Shown here in pieces: positions 10,459 to 18,631 of a stretch of DNA of 64,000 bases (its first letter is position 1; each line of letters starts with the position of its first letter). The position numbers were made by a program, and so were the translations under genes. Under the pieces are notes generated by a model. That model was not told the origin of the DNA. It saw nothing but the letters and a program-made list of their open reading frames with translations, and ran no database searches. Source of the DNA: Bdellovibrionales bacterium (lineage in GTDB: Bacteria > Bdellovibrionota > Bdellovibrionia > Bdellovibrionales > UBA1609); assembly GCA_965200875.1 (NCBI GenBank), contig OZ241456.1:96001-160000 (forward strand). The letters run 5' to 3'.

Positions 10459-10545
10459 CAGCTTTAAGTCTGTGCTTAATTTTCTTAAAAAAGACCTTCT
10501 CACTGGACCTCTGATTATATTTTAAGGTTTTATTAAGAGTTTAAC

Positions 10546-10572
10546 TAAAGCCTTTTTTACTTTATCCGATAG
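10546..10572 (+). promoter_or_regulatory. putative sigma-28 (FliA) promoter upstream of lon
   Basis: TAAA(10546-49)-N15-TCCGATAG(10565-72) versus consensus TAAA-N15-GCCGATAA; 26 bp before lon ATG. Confidence 0.6.
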
Positions 10573-10598
10573 AGAAAAGAAGAGAGAAGGAAAAACCA

Positions 10599-12995
10599 AT
10601 GGAAAATAAAATTCATATCCCAAACACTTTGCCTCTGCTCCCTGTGAGGGATGCTGTTGTTTTCCCTTATATGCTTTTATCCCTGTATGTGGGAAGAGAA
10701 CAGTCTAAAAAAGCCATAGAAGTTGCTTTAAATAAAAACCGAATCATTTTTCTTTCTTCTCAAAAAAACACGGAAGAGGAAATAATAACCGGAAATTCCA
10801 TTTTCAAAATGGGCACTGTCGCCATTATTTTAAGAATGCGCACCATGAAAGATGGAAGAATGAAAGTTTTGGTGCAAGGTCTTTCACGCGCTTTAATCCA
10901 GGATATTTATGCAAAAAATTCCCATTATGAAGTGAATATCCAGGAAATTCAAGATTTAGAAACCCCGGAGCTTTCTCCAAACATTTTAAATTTAATGAAT
11001 AAAATCAAAGAAACCCTTAAAATCATCGCGACTTTAGGGAGACCTTCCTCCCCCGACTTACAGATGATTTTAGAGGAAGTAAACCAACCGGGAAAACTGG
11101 CTGATCTCATCGCCGGCCACTTTGAATTAAAAACCCATGAAATGCAAAGTATTCTGGAAACAGTCGACACGGAAAAGCGCCTTCATCAACTCCACCGCAT
11201 TTTAAACAAAGAGGTGGAGATTACCCGTATGCAAAACCGCATTAAAAAATTGGTAAAAAACAATTTATCCAATTTTCCAAATGAAGTTAAAATTCAAAAT
11301 CACGATCCTCATTTTACCTCCTCAGATCCTAAAGCCGAGGAAATAAAAGAGCTTGTCCAAAAAGTACACTCTGCTGAAATGCCGGATAAAGCCCAAAAAG
11401 AAACTTTAAAACAAATTTCTCGGTTGGAGAAAATGCACCCGGAATCAAGCGAAGCTTCTATGATCCGAGGTTACTTAGATTGGATTTTAGATCTTCCTTG
11501 GAACAAAGGAACAAAAGACAGTTTGGAGCTAGACCAAGCTAAATATATTCTGGAAAGAGATCACTTTGGTTTGAATGAAGTAAAAGAAAGAATTTTGGAG
11601 TTTTTAGCGGTTAGAAAGCTTAAAACAGATTCCCAGGTAAAAGGACCTATTCTTTGCTTTGTAGGCCCACCGGGAGTGGGAAAAACCTCTCTTGGAAAAA
11701 GCATCGCCACCGCCATGAACAGAAAATATTACCGTATCGCTTTAGGAGGAGTAAAAGACGAAGCGGAAATACGAGGGCACAGACGCACTTATGTGGGAGC
11801 TATGCCGGGGAAAATTATTCAGGCTCTGAAACAAGCACAATCCAACAATCCCATTTTGGTACTGGATGAAGTAGATAAATTAGGTTCAGATTTTAGAGGA
11901 GACCCATCTGCCGCCATGCTCGAAGTACTGGATCCAGAACAAAACTTTGATTTCAGAGATCATTACCTGAATTTAAATTTTGATTTGAGTAAAGTCATGT
12001 TTATTGCCACCGCCAACCTTCTGGAAAATATTCCGTATGCTTTAAGAGATCGCATGGAAATGATCACTCTCTCCGGCTATACATCAAAAGAAAAAGTGGA
12101 AATTACTAAAAAATATATTATTAACAAAGAAGTTCAAAATCATGGCATTAATAAATCAAATATTTCTTTTACAGAAAAAGGGATTAAATATCTGATATCT
12201 CATTACACAAAAGAGGCTGGCTTAAGAAATCTCACCCGGGAAGTAGGATCTCTTTGCCGAAAAATAGCTAAGAAAGTGGTCATGGGAGAAGACTCTCTTT
12301 TTCTTATCACACCTGAAAAAATTCCGGAATTATTAGGACCGGAAAAATATTTAAAAGAAGAGCGGTTAAAAGAAAGCAAAATTGGAGTCAGCACAGGACT
12401 GGCTTGGACACAGGCAGGAGGAGAGATTTTGTATGTGGAGGCTATTCGCATCAGCTCTTCCACAAACAAAGGTATTATTTTGACGGGGCAACTGGGAAAA
12501 GTTATGGAAGAGTCTGCAAAGGCCGCTTATTCTTATGTCCGCATGTACTCCGAAAAAGCAGGTATTTCCTCCAGCTGGTTCAAAAAAAATGAAATCCATA
12601 TTCATCTGCCAGCTGGTGCCACTCCCAAAGATGGTCCTTCAGCCGGTGTTACATTGGCCACGGCCCTTATCAGTTTAATCACAAATACGGCTGTCAGAAA
12701 AGATATTGCCATGACTGGGGAAATTGGCCTTCAGGGACAAGTGCTGGCCGTAGGGGGAGTTAAGGAAAAAGCCCTTGCAGCTTTAAGCCACGGAATTTTA
12801 AATGTTATCCTGCCTTTAAAAAACAAAGCTGATATTGAAAATAAAAATTCAAAAGACAACACTTTAAAAGAACTAAGACAAAAAATGAATTTTATCTTTG
12901 TGGAAAATCTGGATGAAGTGTTTGCCATTGCCCTGAAAAAAGAAACTCATCATCCTCTTAGAGAAAAACCCGCTGTCTCCTCCATAGCTTCTTAA
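10599..12995 (+). CDS. lon: ATP-dependent protease La (Lon)
   Basis: Lon N-domain, Walker A GPPGVGKT, RGHRRTYVGA, catalytic PKDGPSAG and GGVKEK. Confidence 0.97.
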   Translation: MENKIHIPNTLPLLPVRDAVVFPYMLLSLYVGREQSKKAIEVALNKNRIIFLSSQKNTEEEIITGNSIFKMGTVAIILRMRTMKDGRMKVLVQGLSRALIQDIYAKNSHYEVNIQEIQDLETPELSPNILNLMNKIKETLKIIATLGRPSSPDLQMILEEVNQPGKLADLIAGHFELKTHEMQSILETVDTEKRLHQLHRILNKEVEITRMQNRIKKLVKNNLSNFPNEVKIQNHDPHFTSSDPKAEEIKELVQKVHSAEMPDKAQKETLKQISRLEKMHPESSEASMIRGYLDWILDLPWNKGTKDSLELDQAKYILERDHFGLNEVKERILEFLAVRKLKTDSQVKGPILCFVGPPGVGKTSLGKSIATAMNRKYYRIALGGVKDEAEIRGHRRTYVGAMPGKIIQALKQAQSNNPILVLDEVDKLGSDFRGDPSAAMLEVLDPEQNFDFRDHYLNLNFDLSKVMFIATANLLENIPYALRDRMEMITLSGYTSKEKVEITKKYIINKEVQNHGINKSNISFTEKGIKYLISHYTKEAGLRNLTREVGSLCRKIAKKVVMGEDSLFLITPEKIPELLGPEKYLKEERLKESKIGVSTGLAWTQAGGEILYVEAIRISSSTNKGIILTGQLGKVMEESAKAAYSYVRMYSEKAGISSSWFKKNEIHIHLPAGATPKDGPSAGVTLATALISLITNTAVRKDIAMTGEIGLQGQVLAVGGVKEKALAALSHGILNVILPLKNKADIENKNSKDNTLKELRQKMNFIFVENLDEVFAIALKKETHHPLREKPAVSSIAS

Positions 12996-13065
12996 ATTGG
13001 AAAAGGACATAACCTCTTGACTCCAGACCTTTGGTTTATGAATGAAAAACTTTTAAACAGTTTTC

Positions 13066-13106
13066 TGTTTCAAAATGGGACAAAAAATATTTCTTAAATA
13101 TTTTTT
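13066..13106. promoter_or_regulatory. candidate regulator sites upstream of the split S8 protease
   Basis: Imperfect palindrome TGTTTCA-AAA-TGGGACA (13066-82) abutting an 11-bp inverted repeat AAAAAATATTT-CTT-AAATATTTTTT (13082-106). Confidence 0.3.
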
Positions 13107-13153
13107 TAAGGTTTTTGTTTGCGCTAATAGATAAAATCAAAGAGACTTAATTT

Positions 13154-14062
13154 ATGAAGTTGTTTTTTGCTTTGCTTTCAGTTTTAATTTTTGTCCAAAA
13201 ATCTTATGCCAATCCTGTTTCTGGTTTAGCCATGCCGGCTATTGATAAAAGCAAAGAAGCAGAACAAGAAAAAACTGCTAAGGGCTTGATAATTGCTTTT
13301 AAGGTGTGGCCTTTGAGTGAGATAGATAAAAGTGCACTTTTAAAGAAAACAAAAGCTCTGGGACTTGAAGAAAAAATTTCTTATTCCCGATTTAAGACTT
13401 ATATATTTGAGTGGGAGGGGTGGCGTGAAAAAAGCCAAGCCGAAAGGGCCTGCGAAAGTTTTTTAAATTTTCCGGGGCTGGATTACTGTGAACCAAATAT
13501 TTTACAAAAGCCTCAAATGGGTAAAATACGAAGACGAAATGATCAAAAAGCCCATAGACAAACACTTAAAAGAAGAGCTGAAATAAATGAAAAAGAACTT
13601 GGAACCAAGAAAGAAGAACCTAAGTCAGATATAAAGCTTAATCCTCAGGAGACCTTTTCAGATACAGAATCGGGAGATGTTCGCACCTGTAAAATCATTT
13701 CCTCTGAATTAAAATTGCAGGGAGGTGAATTATCAGATTATTGGGCGCAGGAGATGATCGGATCTGATTTAATGAGAGAGGAACTTAAACTTCATCCCCC
13801 TGTTAAAAAACACCTTGTGGGAGTGTTTGATACCGCTCACCATTCCAGCCGGCATGATCTAGCCAGTAAACATATCATTTCAGGTGAGGGAAAACAAGCG
13901 GTCCTGCCACCCATAGGTAACAGCATCACCAACTTTGATGTAACTCTCGGAGGGTATAGCTTAGGGCATAGTGAATATTTGTTAAAAACCTCTGAAAACA
14001 GATGTAAACACCTAAAGTCCAAAAAACCGGCAAGCCCACCAAGCCAGAGAGCCGTAAGATGA
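13154..14062 (+). CDS. secreted protein: prodomain-like region + N-terminal portion of an S8 (subtilisin) peptidase
   Basis: Signal peptide (MKLFF...SYA); prodomain-like segment ending CEPN; 'YWAQEMIG', then VGVFDT (candidate catalytic Asp226) and RHD (candidate His234). Confidence 0.7.
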   Translation: MKLFFALLSVLIFVQKSYANPVSGLAMPAIDKSKEAEQEKTAKGLIIAFKVWPLSEIDKSALLKKTKALGLEEKISYSRFKTYIFEWEGWREKSQAERACESFLNFPGLDYCEPNILQKPQMGKIRRRNDQKAHRQTLKRRAEINEKELGTKKEEPKSDIKLNPQETFSDTESGDVRTCKIISSELKLQGGELSDYWAQEMIGSDLMREELKLHPPVKKHLVGVFDTAHHSSRHDLASKHIISGEGKQAVLPPIGNSITNFDVTLGGYSLGHSEYLLKTSENRCKHLKSKKPASPPSQRAVR

Positions 14063-15570
14063 TTAAAGCTTTAAAGTTAAATTTACGATTTTTATTAATA
14101 ATGTTATTTATGGTAACAAGCACTTTTCCAGAAGTGGCTGAATCAGGATTTGTTAAAAAGCGGGTCCAAAAAAAAGTCAGGCCAAGGCCCGATAAATGGC
14201 GAGGTCCCCCTTCTCCTCCCATAAAAACCCCTTCTAAATCACCTATAGTGGCTGACTCAAATCCTTATAGACAATGCCGAGCCACTGTCATGCCCTCCTT
14301 TATCAACCGTTCTATGTCATCGACTGAGACTACCTATCGCTCTCTAAAAGCACTTTCCCCTCCTTCCATTGTAGTTAATTCAGCAGGGAACGCTTATCCA
14401 AAGCCTGTCTCAAAAGTTAATGCAAAAATGAGTAAGGAGTTTAATGCTATTTTAGTAGGTTCTATGTCCCCAGAAGGAATAAAAAGCAAGTTTTCCCAGG
14501 AAGGGGAGGCTGTTACAATTATGGCCCCTTCTGATCACTATCTCACTTCAGCTACCAGCACAGGTCATTATCGAAAATATGGTGGTACAAGTGGAGCAAC
14601 ACCTTTGGTCACAGGAAGCCTAGCTGGTTTTGAGTGGATAGCAGGCTATCACCCCACAGCAGAGGAGGCTAAAATTTTATTAGCTAAAACAGCTATTCCC
14701 ACACCTTATTCCTCAGACAAACCTCAAAAAAATGGGGCAGGCATGGTCAATGCCTATAAATTGGCTATGGTGGGGAAACAATTAAAAAAAACTTGTGGAA
14801 AAAATATATCCTGCTTTAAAGACCAAATAAGAAAAAACGATATTTACCAATTTCCAGAAGACAAAGCAGTGAGTGAAGCTTTAGACAAAGCTTTTCCTTA
14901 TTGCTCTTCCACTTGCACAGCAGAAGACTTAAAAACTCCGCCTTCCTGTGCTAAAAAAGCTAAAGCCTTTAAGAATTTCAGAAAACAAGCTTTTTTAAAC
15001 CCTCAGAATAAAAACCTTTGGAAAAAGATAGCCTGTGTTTATGCTCAAGGGGGTTTCGAAAAAAACAAAACTTTTGCATTGAATATCTATAACTCTATTT
15101 CCGGGAAACCACCACAAACTATTGATCCCCCTCCCCCTATCGGTGGTCACTCTTGTAAGAAAGATTCAGACTGTGTTTTAGCACCCAGTTGTAACATGGG
15201 GATTCAGAAGATTAAAAAGGATGGATCTAGCTCTGATATTCAAAACCCACTACTTACCCTGAATCGCGATTATCAGGAAACACATTATCTCGCTTGTGTA
15301 GAGCACAACGGGAAAATTCCCCTTTGCAATGGTAAATGTCGATGTGATTCCCAGGAAAAAGTATCACCTTCTTCTGCCGAAGCTGGACATATTGCCACTG
15401 CGTCTTGTGTGGATTCCAAGTGTATTATAACGAAAGATTATATTCCTTCTCCACCCCTTTCTTCTCCTCCAAATCCCGGTGGTGGTGAAGTCCCTCCTCC
15501 AGAAAGTGGTGGAAGTGGTGGTGAGACCCCCTCCGGTGGTAGTAGTGGAAACTCTGGTGCTGTTAAATAG
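14059..15570 (+). CDS. secreted S8 (subtilisin) peptidase C-terminal portion with Cys-rich domain and Pro/Gly/Ser tail
   Basis: Signal-peptide-like N-terminus; INRSMS, VNSAGN (oxyanion Asn111), SKFSQ, GGTSGATP (catalytic Ser178), GAGMVNA; ATGA overlap with upstream ORF. Confidence 0.85.
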   Translation: MIKALKLNLRFLLIMLFMVTSTFPEVAESGFVKKRVQKKVRPRPDKWRGPPSPPIKTPSKSPIVADSNPYRQCRATVMPSFINRSMSSTETTYRSLKALSPPSIVVNSAGNAYPKPVSKVNAKMSKEFNAILVGSMSPEGIKSKFSQEGEAVTIMAPSDHYLTSATSTGHYRKYGGTSGATPLVTGSLAGFEWIAGYHPTAEEAKILLAKTAIPTPYSSDKPQKNGAGMVNAYKLAMVGKQLKKTCGKNISCFKDQIRKNDIYQFPEDKAVSEALDKAFPYCSSTCTAEDLKTPPSCAKKAKAFKNFRKQAFLNPQNKNLWKKIACVYAQGGFEKNKTFALNIYNSISGKPPQTIDPPPPIGGHSCKKDSDCVLAPSCNMGIQKIKKDGSSSDIQNPLLTLNRDYQETHYLACVEHNGKIPLCNGKCRCDSQEKVSPSSAEAGHIATASCVDSKCIITKDYIPSPPLSSPPNPGGGEVPPPESGGSGGETPSGGSSGNSGAVK

Positions 15571-15594
15571 CAAGAGGGCCACCAGTCCTGAATA

Positions 15595-17028
15595 TTAGAT
15601 AAAATCAAATAAAAATGGCGCAAGCCCGCTTAGCAAAATAAAAACTGCCAAAAACCCTGAAACCGGTATTAAAAACCGTGGAAAACGAAAAGATCTTTTT
15701 TCTTCCCCCGGTTCCATATACATAAGAGCTATTGGCTTTAAATAATAAAACAAAGCTATGCTGGAACCTAAAATCATCCAAAAAAGCATCCACCAAAGAC
15801 CTCTATCCAATAAACCCTGAAATAAAAACAACTTAGCTATAAATCCTCCGGTTGGCGGAACCCCAGCTAGGCTCAACAAAAACAAAGTAATCAAACAGGC
15901 ATAAAATGGATGGCCATGAGACAAATTTTTCAGCTCTTCCAAATCAAGAGTGGCTGAATCAGCTTTTTCAAAGGGCCTCAAACAAATAAAAATACCTGTT
16001 GTCATACACATATAGACCATCAAATAATAAAACAAAGCCATCTTTCCTATCTGAAAACCCATTTGAGAAGAAATCAATATCATAAGCAGGTACCCTGAAT
16101 GCGCTATTGTGGAAAAAAGCAACATTTTTTTTAAATCTTTTTGCAACAAAGCCACAATATTGCCAAATAAAACACTTAAGACAGCCATCCACTGAAAAAG
16201 AGATAACAACCCGGGACCTCTCAAGGATGTAAAGATATCTTTTGTCCAGTCAAAAAGCAGAACAAATATCACTAACTTAAAGCCTGTTGCCATAAAAACT
16301 AATAAAGGAGTAAAGGCCCCTCGATAAACCTCCGGCAACCAAAAATGAAAAGGGAAGATAGCCATTTTAAATAAAAATCCCACCAATATAAACATTAACC
16401 CTAAAACTAAAAGTCGAGATCTATTCATCAGCTCAGGGCTTTCCTGAAACACTTTTTGTAAATCAAAGTGTCCCACAGAACCCCATACAAAAGAGATGCC
16501 ATAGAGCAAAATTGCACTTGCCACGGAACCCAATACAAAATATTTAAAGCTTGATCTCAAAGCCTCAGAGCCTGTTCGTCCCAAGGCAATTAATAAATAA
16601 AAAGCCAAAGAAGCAAGCTCCAAACCCAAAAAAGCTGTAAGCAAATTCCCCGCCCAAAGCAAAATCAACAAACCAATAAGAGCACCTGTTTTCAAAAACA
16701 ACATTTCAGAAAAGCAAACAACCGGTGATTGAGGATGATGAACGCTCATAACTATCACCACACCCCCTGTAATCAACAAAAGCAAAGAGGCCAAAGCTCT
16801 TATCTGATCAAAAACCAAAGACGCAGAAAAAAGTTTATGTATTGTTTCTCCTTCCGCCGGCCAATTAAGAGCTATGAAAAAAACAGAAGTGAAAATCCCG
16901 GCCAACACAAGACTTGCGGAAATAAAAGGAGAGCTTTCTTTATTTTTCCTGAGCAGTTTAAGACTAATGGGCAAAAGACTGAACAAAAAGAGACACCACA
17001 AAGGAGCACTCAGCAACAGATCATTCAT
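15595..17028 (-). CDS. nuoN: NADH-quinone oxidoreductase subunit N
   Basis: FKYFVLGS, FKMAIFPFHFWLPEVY, LSLAGVPPTGGF; start at ATG 17028 overlapping nuoM end. Confidence 0.93.
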   Translation of the reverse strand: MNDLLLSAPLWCLFLFSLLPISLKLLRKNKESSPFISASLVLAGIFTSVFFIALNWPAEGETIHKLFSASLVFDQIRALASLLLLITGGVVIVMSVHHPQSPVVCFSEMLFLKTGALIGLLILLWAGNLLTAFLGLELASLAFYLLIALGRTGSEALRSSFKYFVLGSVASAILLYGISFVWGSVGHFDLQKVFQESPELMNRSRLLVLGLMFILVGFLFKMAIFPFHFWLPEVYRGAFTPLLVFMATGFKLVIFVLLFDWTKDIFTSLRGPGLLSLFQWMAVLSVLFGNIVALLQKDLKKMLLFSTIAHSGYLLMILISSQMGFQIGKMALFYYLMVYMCMTTGIFICLRPFEKADSATLDLEELKNLSHGHPFYACLITLFLLSLAGVPPTGGFIAKLFLFQGLLDRGLWWMLFWMILGSSIALFYYLKPIALMYMEPGEEKRSFRFPRFLIPVSGFLAVFILLSGLAPFLFDFI

Positions 17029-18595
17029 CGAGAAACTCCTTTTTAAGAGAAAGCCCATAGTTTTCTCTTTGCTCCTGGATATGGTTTAAAGAAGCCGAAG
17101 AATATTTAAGAAAGACCTTTGGAAAAAGCCCCATCAAAAAAACCAAAAAAACAAAAGGCAAAATGATTCCTATCTCTCTTCTGGAAAGCGGAAAACTTTT
17201 TTGAGAGGCTGAAGACATTGCTCCAAAAAAAATACGATGAACAAGATACAACATATAAACAGCTCCTAGGACGACTCCCATTAAAGCCAGAGCAACCCCT
17301 CCAAAGCTCCCGGATAAAGCCTCTGTTATATTTAAACTTAAAAGCTCGCCCCCTCCTCCCTCGCTTGCCGACTTAAAAGCTCCCATTAAAACAAAAAATT
17401 CAGATACGAATCCGCCAGTGGAAGGAAGAGCCAAGGCGGAAAGAGAGATTATTATAAAGAAACAGGCCATGAGAGGCATTTTTTGTGCAAGCCCTCCGTA
17501 GTCTGAAATATTCAAACTCCGGGATCTTTCATAAATCATTCCCACCAATAAAAAAAGTCCAGCTGAGGAAACAGCATGGGTGAGCATTTGATAAAACCCA
17601 CCTGTTAAACCATACAAATTCAAACTAAAAACCCCAAGCAAAACATAAGCCATGTGAGACACAGAAGAGTAGGCCACTAATTTTTTCATATTTTCCTGCG
17701 CGAGAGCCATAAAAGCTCCATACACTATACCTCCCCCCGCCAAAAGAGCAATAAGAGGGGCAAAAAGCTCTGTGGATTCCGGGAAAAGAGTCAGCACAAA
17801 CCGAAGAAACCCGTAAGATCCCAGTTTTAAAATCACCGCCGCCAATACTGCAGATCCCGGTGCCGGAGCTTCCACATGCGCCAAAGGAAGCCAAGTATGA
17901 AACGGAACAAAAGGAAGTTTTATAGCAAAAGCCAAAAAGAAACAAAGAAACAAAATATTTTGAGTGCTTAGCAAATCCGTTTTTATAAATGGCAAATCCA
18001 ATTTATAAAAATCCAAAAGACTCGCGCTCATGGAACCTGTGGACTGGAAAACAAGAGTCATCAAAGCCACCACTCCCGCCAGCAAAAACAAAGAACCAAA
18101 AGCCGTATAAATAAAAAACTTAAAACTGGCATATATTCTTTCTTTCCCTCCCCAAATTCCAATAATAAAATAAAGGGGGATCAGGGAGCTTTCAAAAAAG
18201 ACATAAAACAGCACAGCATCTAGGGATAAAAATGTTCCCATCACGGATGTGTTGATCAAAAACAAACAGGCATAAAAAAGAGATTCTTTTTTTTGAATCA
18301 GCTTCCAAGAGGCAAAAACACAAATGGGATTTAAAAAAGCTGTTAAAATGACAAACCAAAAGGAAAGTCCATCTAGGCCCAAAAAATATTTTATTCCCAA
18401 AGCGGGAAACCAAGAAAACTCCTCCACTAATTGCAGTTTTTCCGTTTGAGGGTCAAACAGTATGAATAAAGAAAGACTGAATAAAAAATAAGCACAGGAA
18501 AAAACCCCAGCAAAACCTCGACAAAGCTTTGAATCTTTTATAAAAAGCAAAATCAAACCAAAAAGCAAGGGGAGAAAAATTAAGACGCTTAACAT
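17021..18595 (-). CDS. nuoM: NADH-quinone oxidoreductase subunit M
   Basis: IKLPFVPFHTWLPLAHVEAP, KKLVAYSSVSHM. Confidence 0.95.
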   Translation of the reverse strand: MLSVLIFLPLLFGLILLFIKDSKLCRGFAGVFSCAYFLFSLSLFILFDPQTEKLQLVEEFSWFPALGIKYFLGLDGLSFWFVILTAFLNPICVFASWKLIQKKESLFYACLFLINTSVMGTFLSLDAVLFYVFFESSLIPLYFIIGIWGGKERIYASFKFFIYTAFGSLFLLAGVVALMTLVFQSTGSMSASLLDFYKLDLPFIKTDLLSTQNILFLCFFLAFAIKLPFVPFHTWLPLAHVEAPAPGSAVLAAVILKLGSYGFLRFVLTLFPESTELFAPLIALLAGGGIVYGAFMALAQENMKKLVAYSSVSHMAYVLLGVFSLNLYGLTGGFYQMLTHAVSSAGLFLLVGMIYERSRSLNISDYGGLAQKMPLMACFFIIISLSALALPSTGGFVSEFFVLMGAFKSASEGGGGELLSLNITEALSGSFGGVALALMGVVLGAVYMLYLVHRIFFGAMSSASQKSFPLSRREIGIILPFVFLVFLMGLFPKVFLKYSSASLNHIQEQRENYGLSLKKEFLDE

Positions 18596-18631
18596 AGTTT
18601 TTCCTATAGATTAAAACCCTGATCTTTTCAT

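Noticed and set aside
13108..13124. Sigma-54 promoter upstream of the protease
   Set aside because: GG and GC are not at the required GG-N10-GC spacing and there is no TGGCAC core
14040..14080. Programmed frameshift or simple pseudogene explanation for the split protease
   Set aside because: No slippery heptamer at the junction; clean ATGA coupling; ORF2 has its own signal-like N-terminus. A sequencing error cannot be fully excluded without reads
15440..15560. GGT/AGT-rich low-complexity stretch as a DNA repeat element
   Set aside because: Simply encodes the Pro/Gly/Ser tail of the protease C-half
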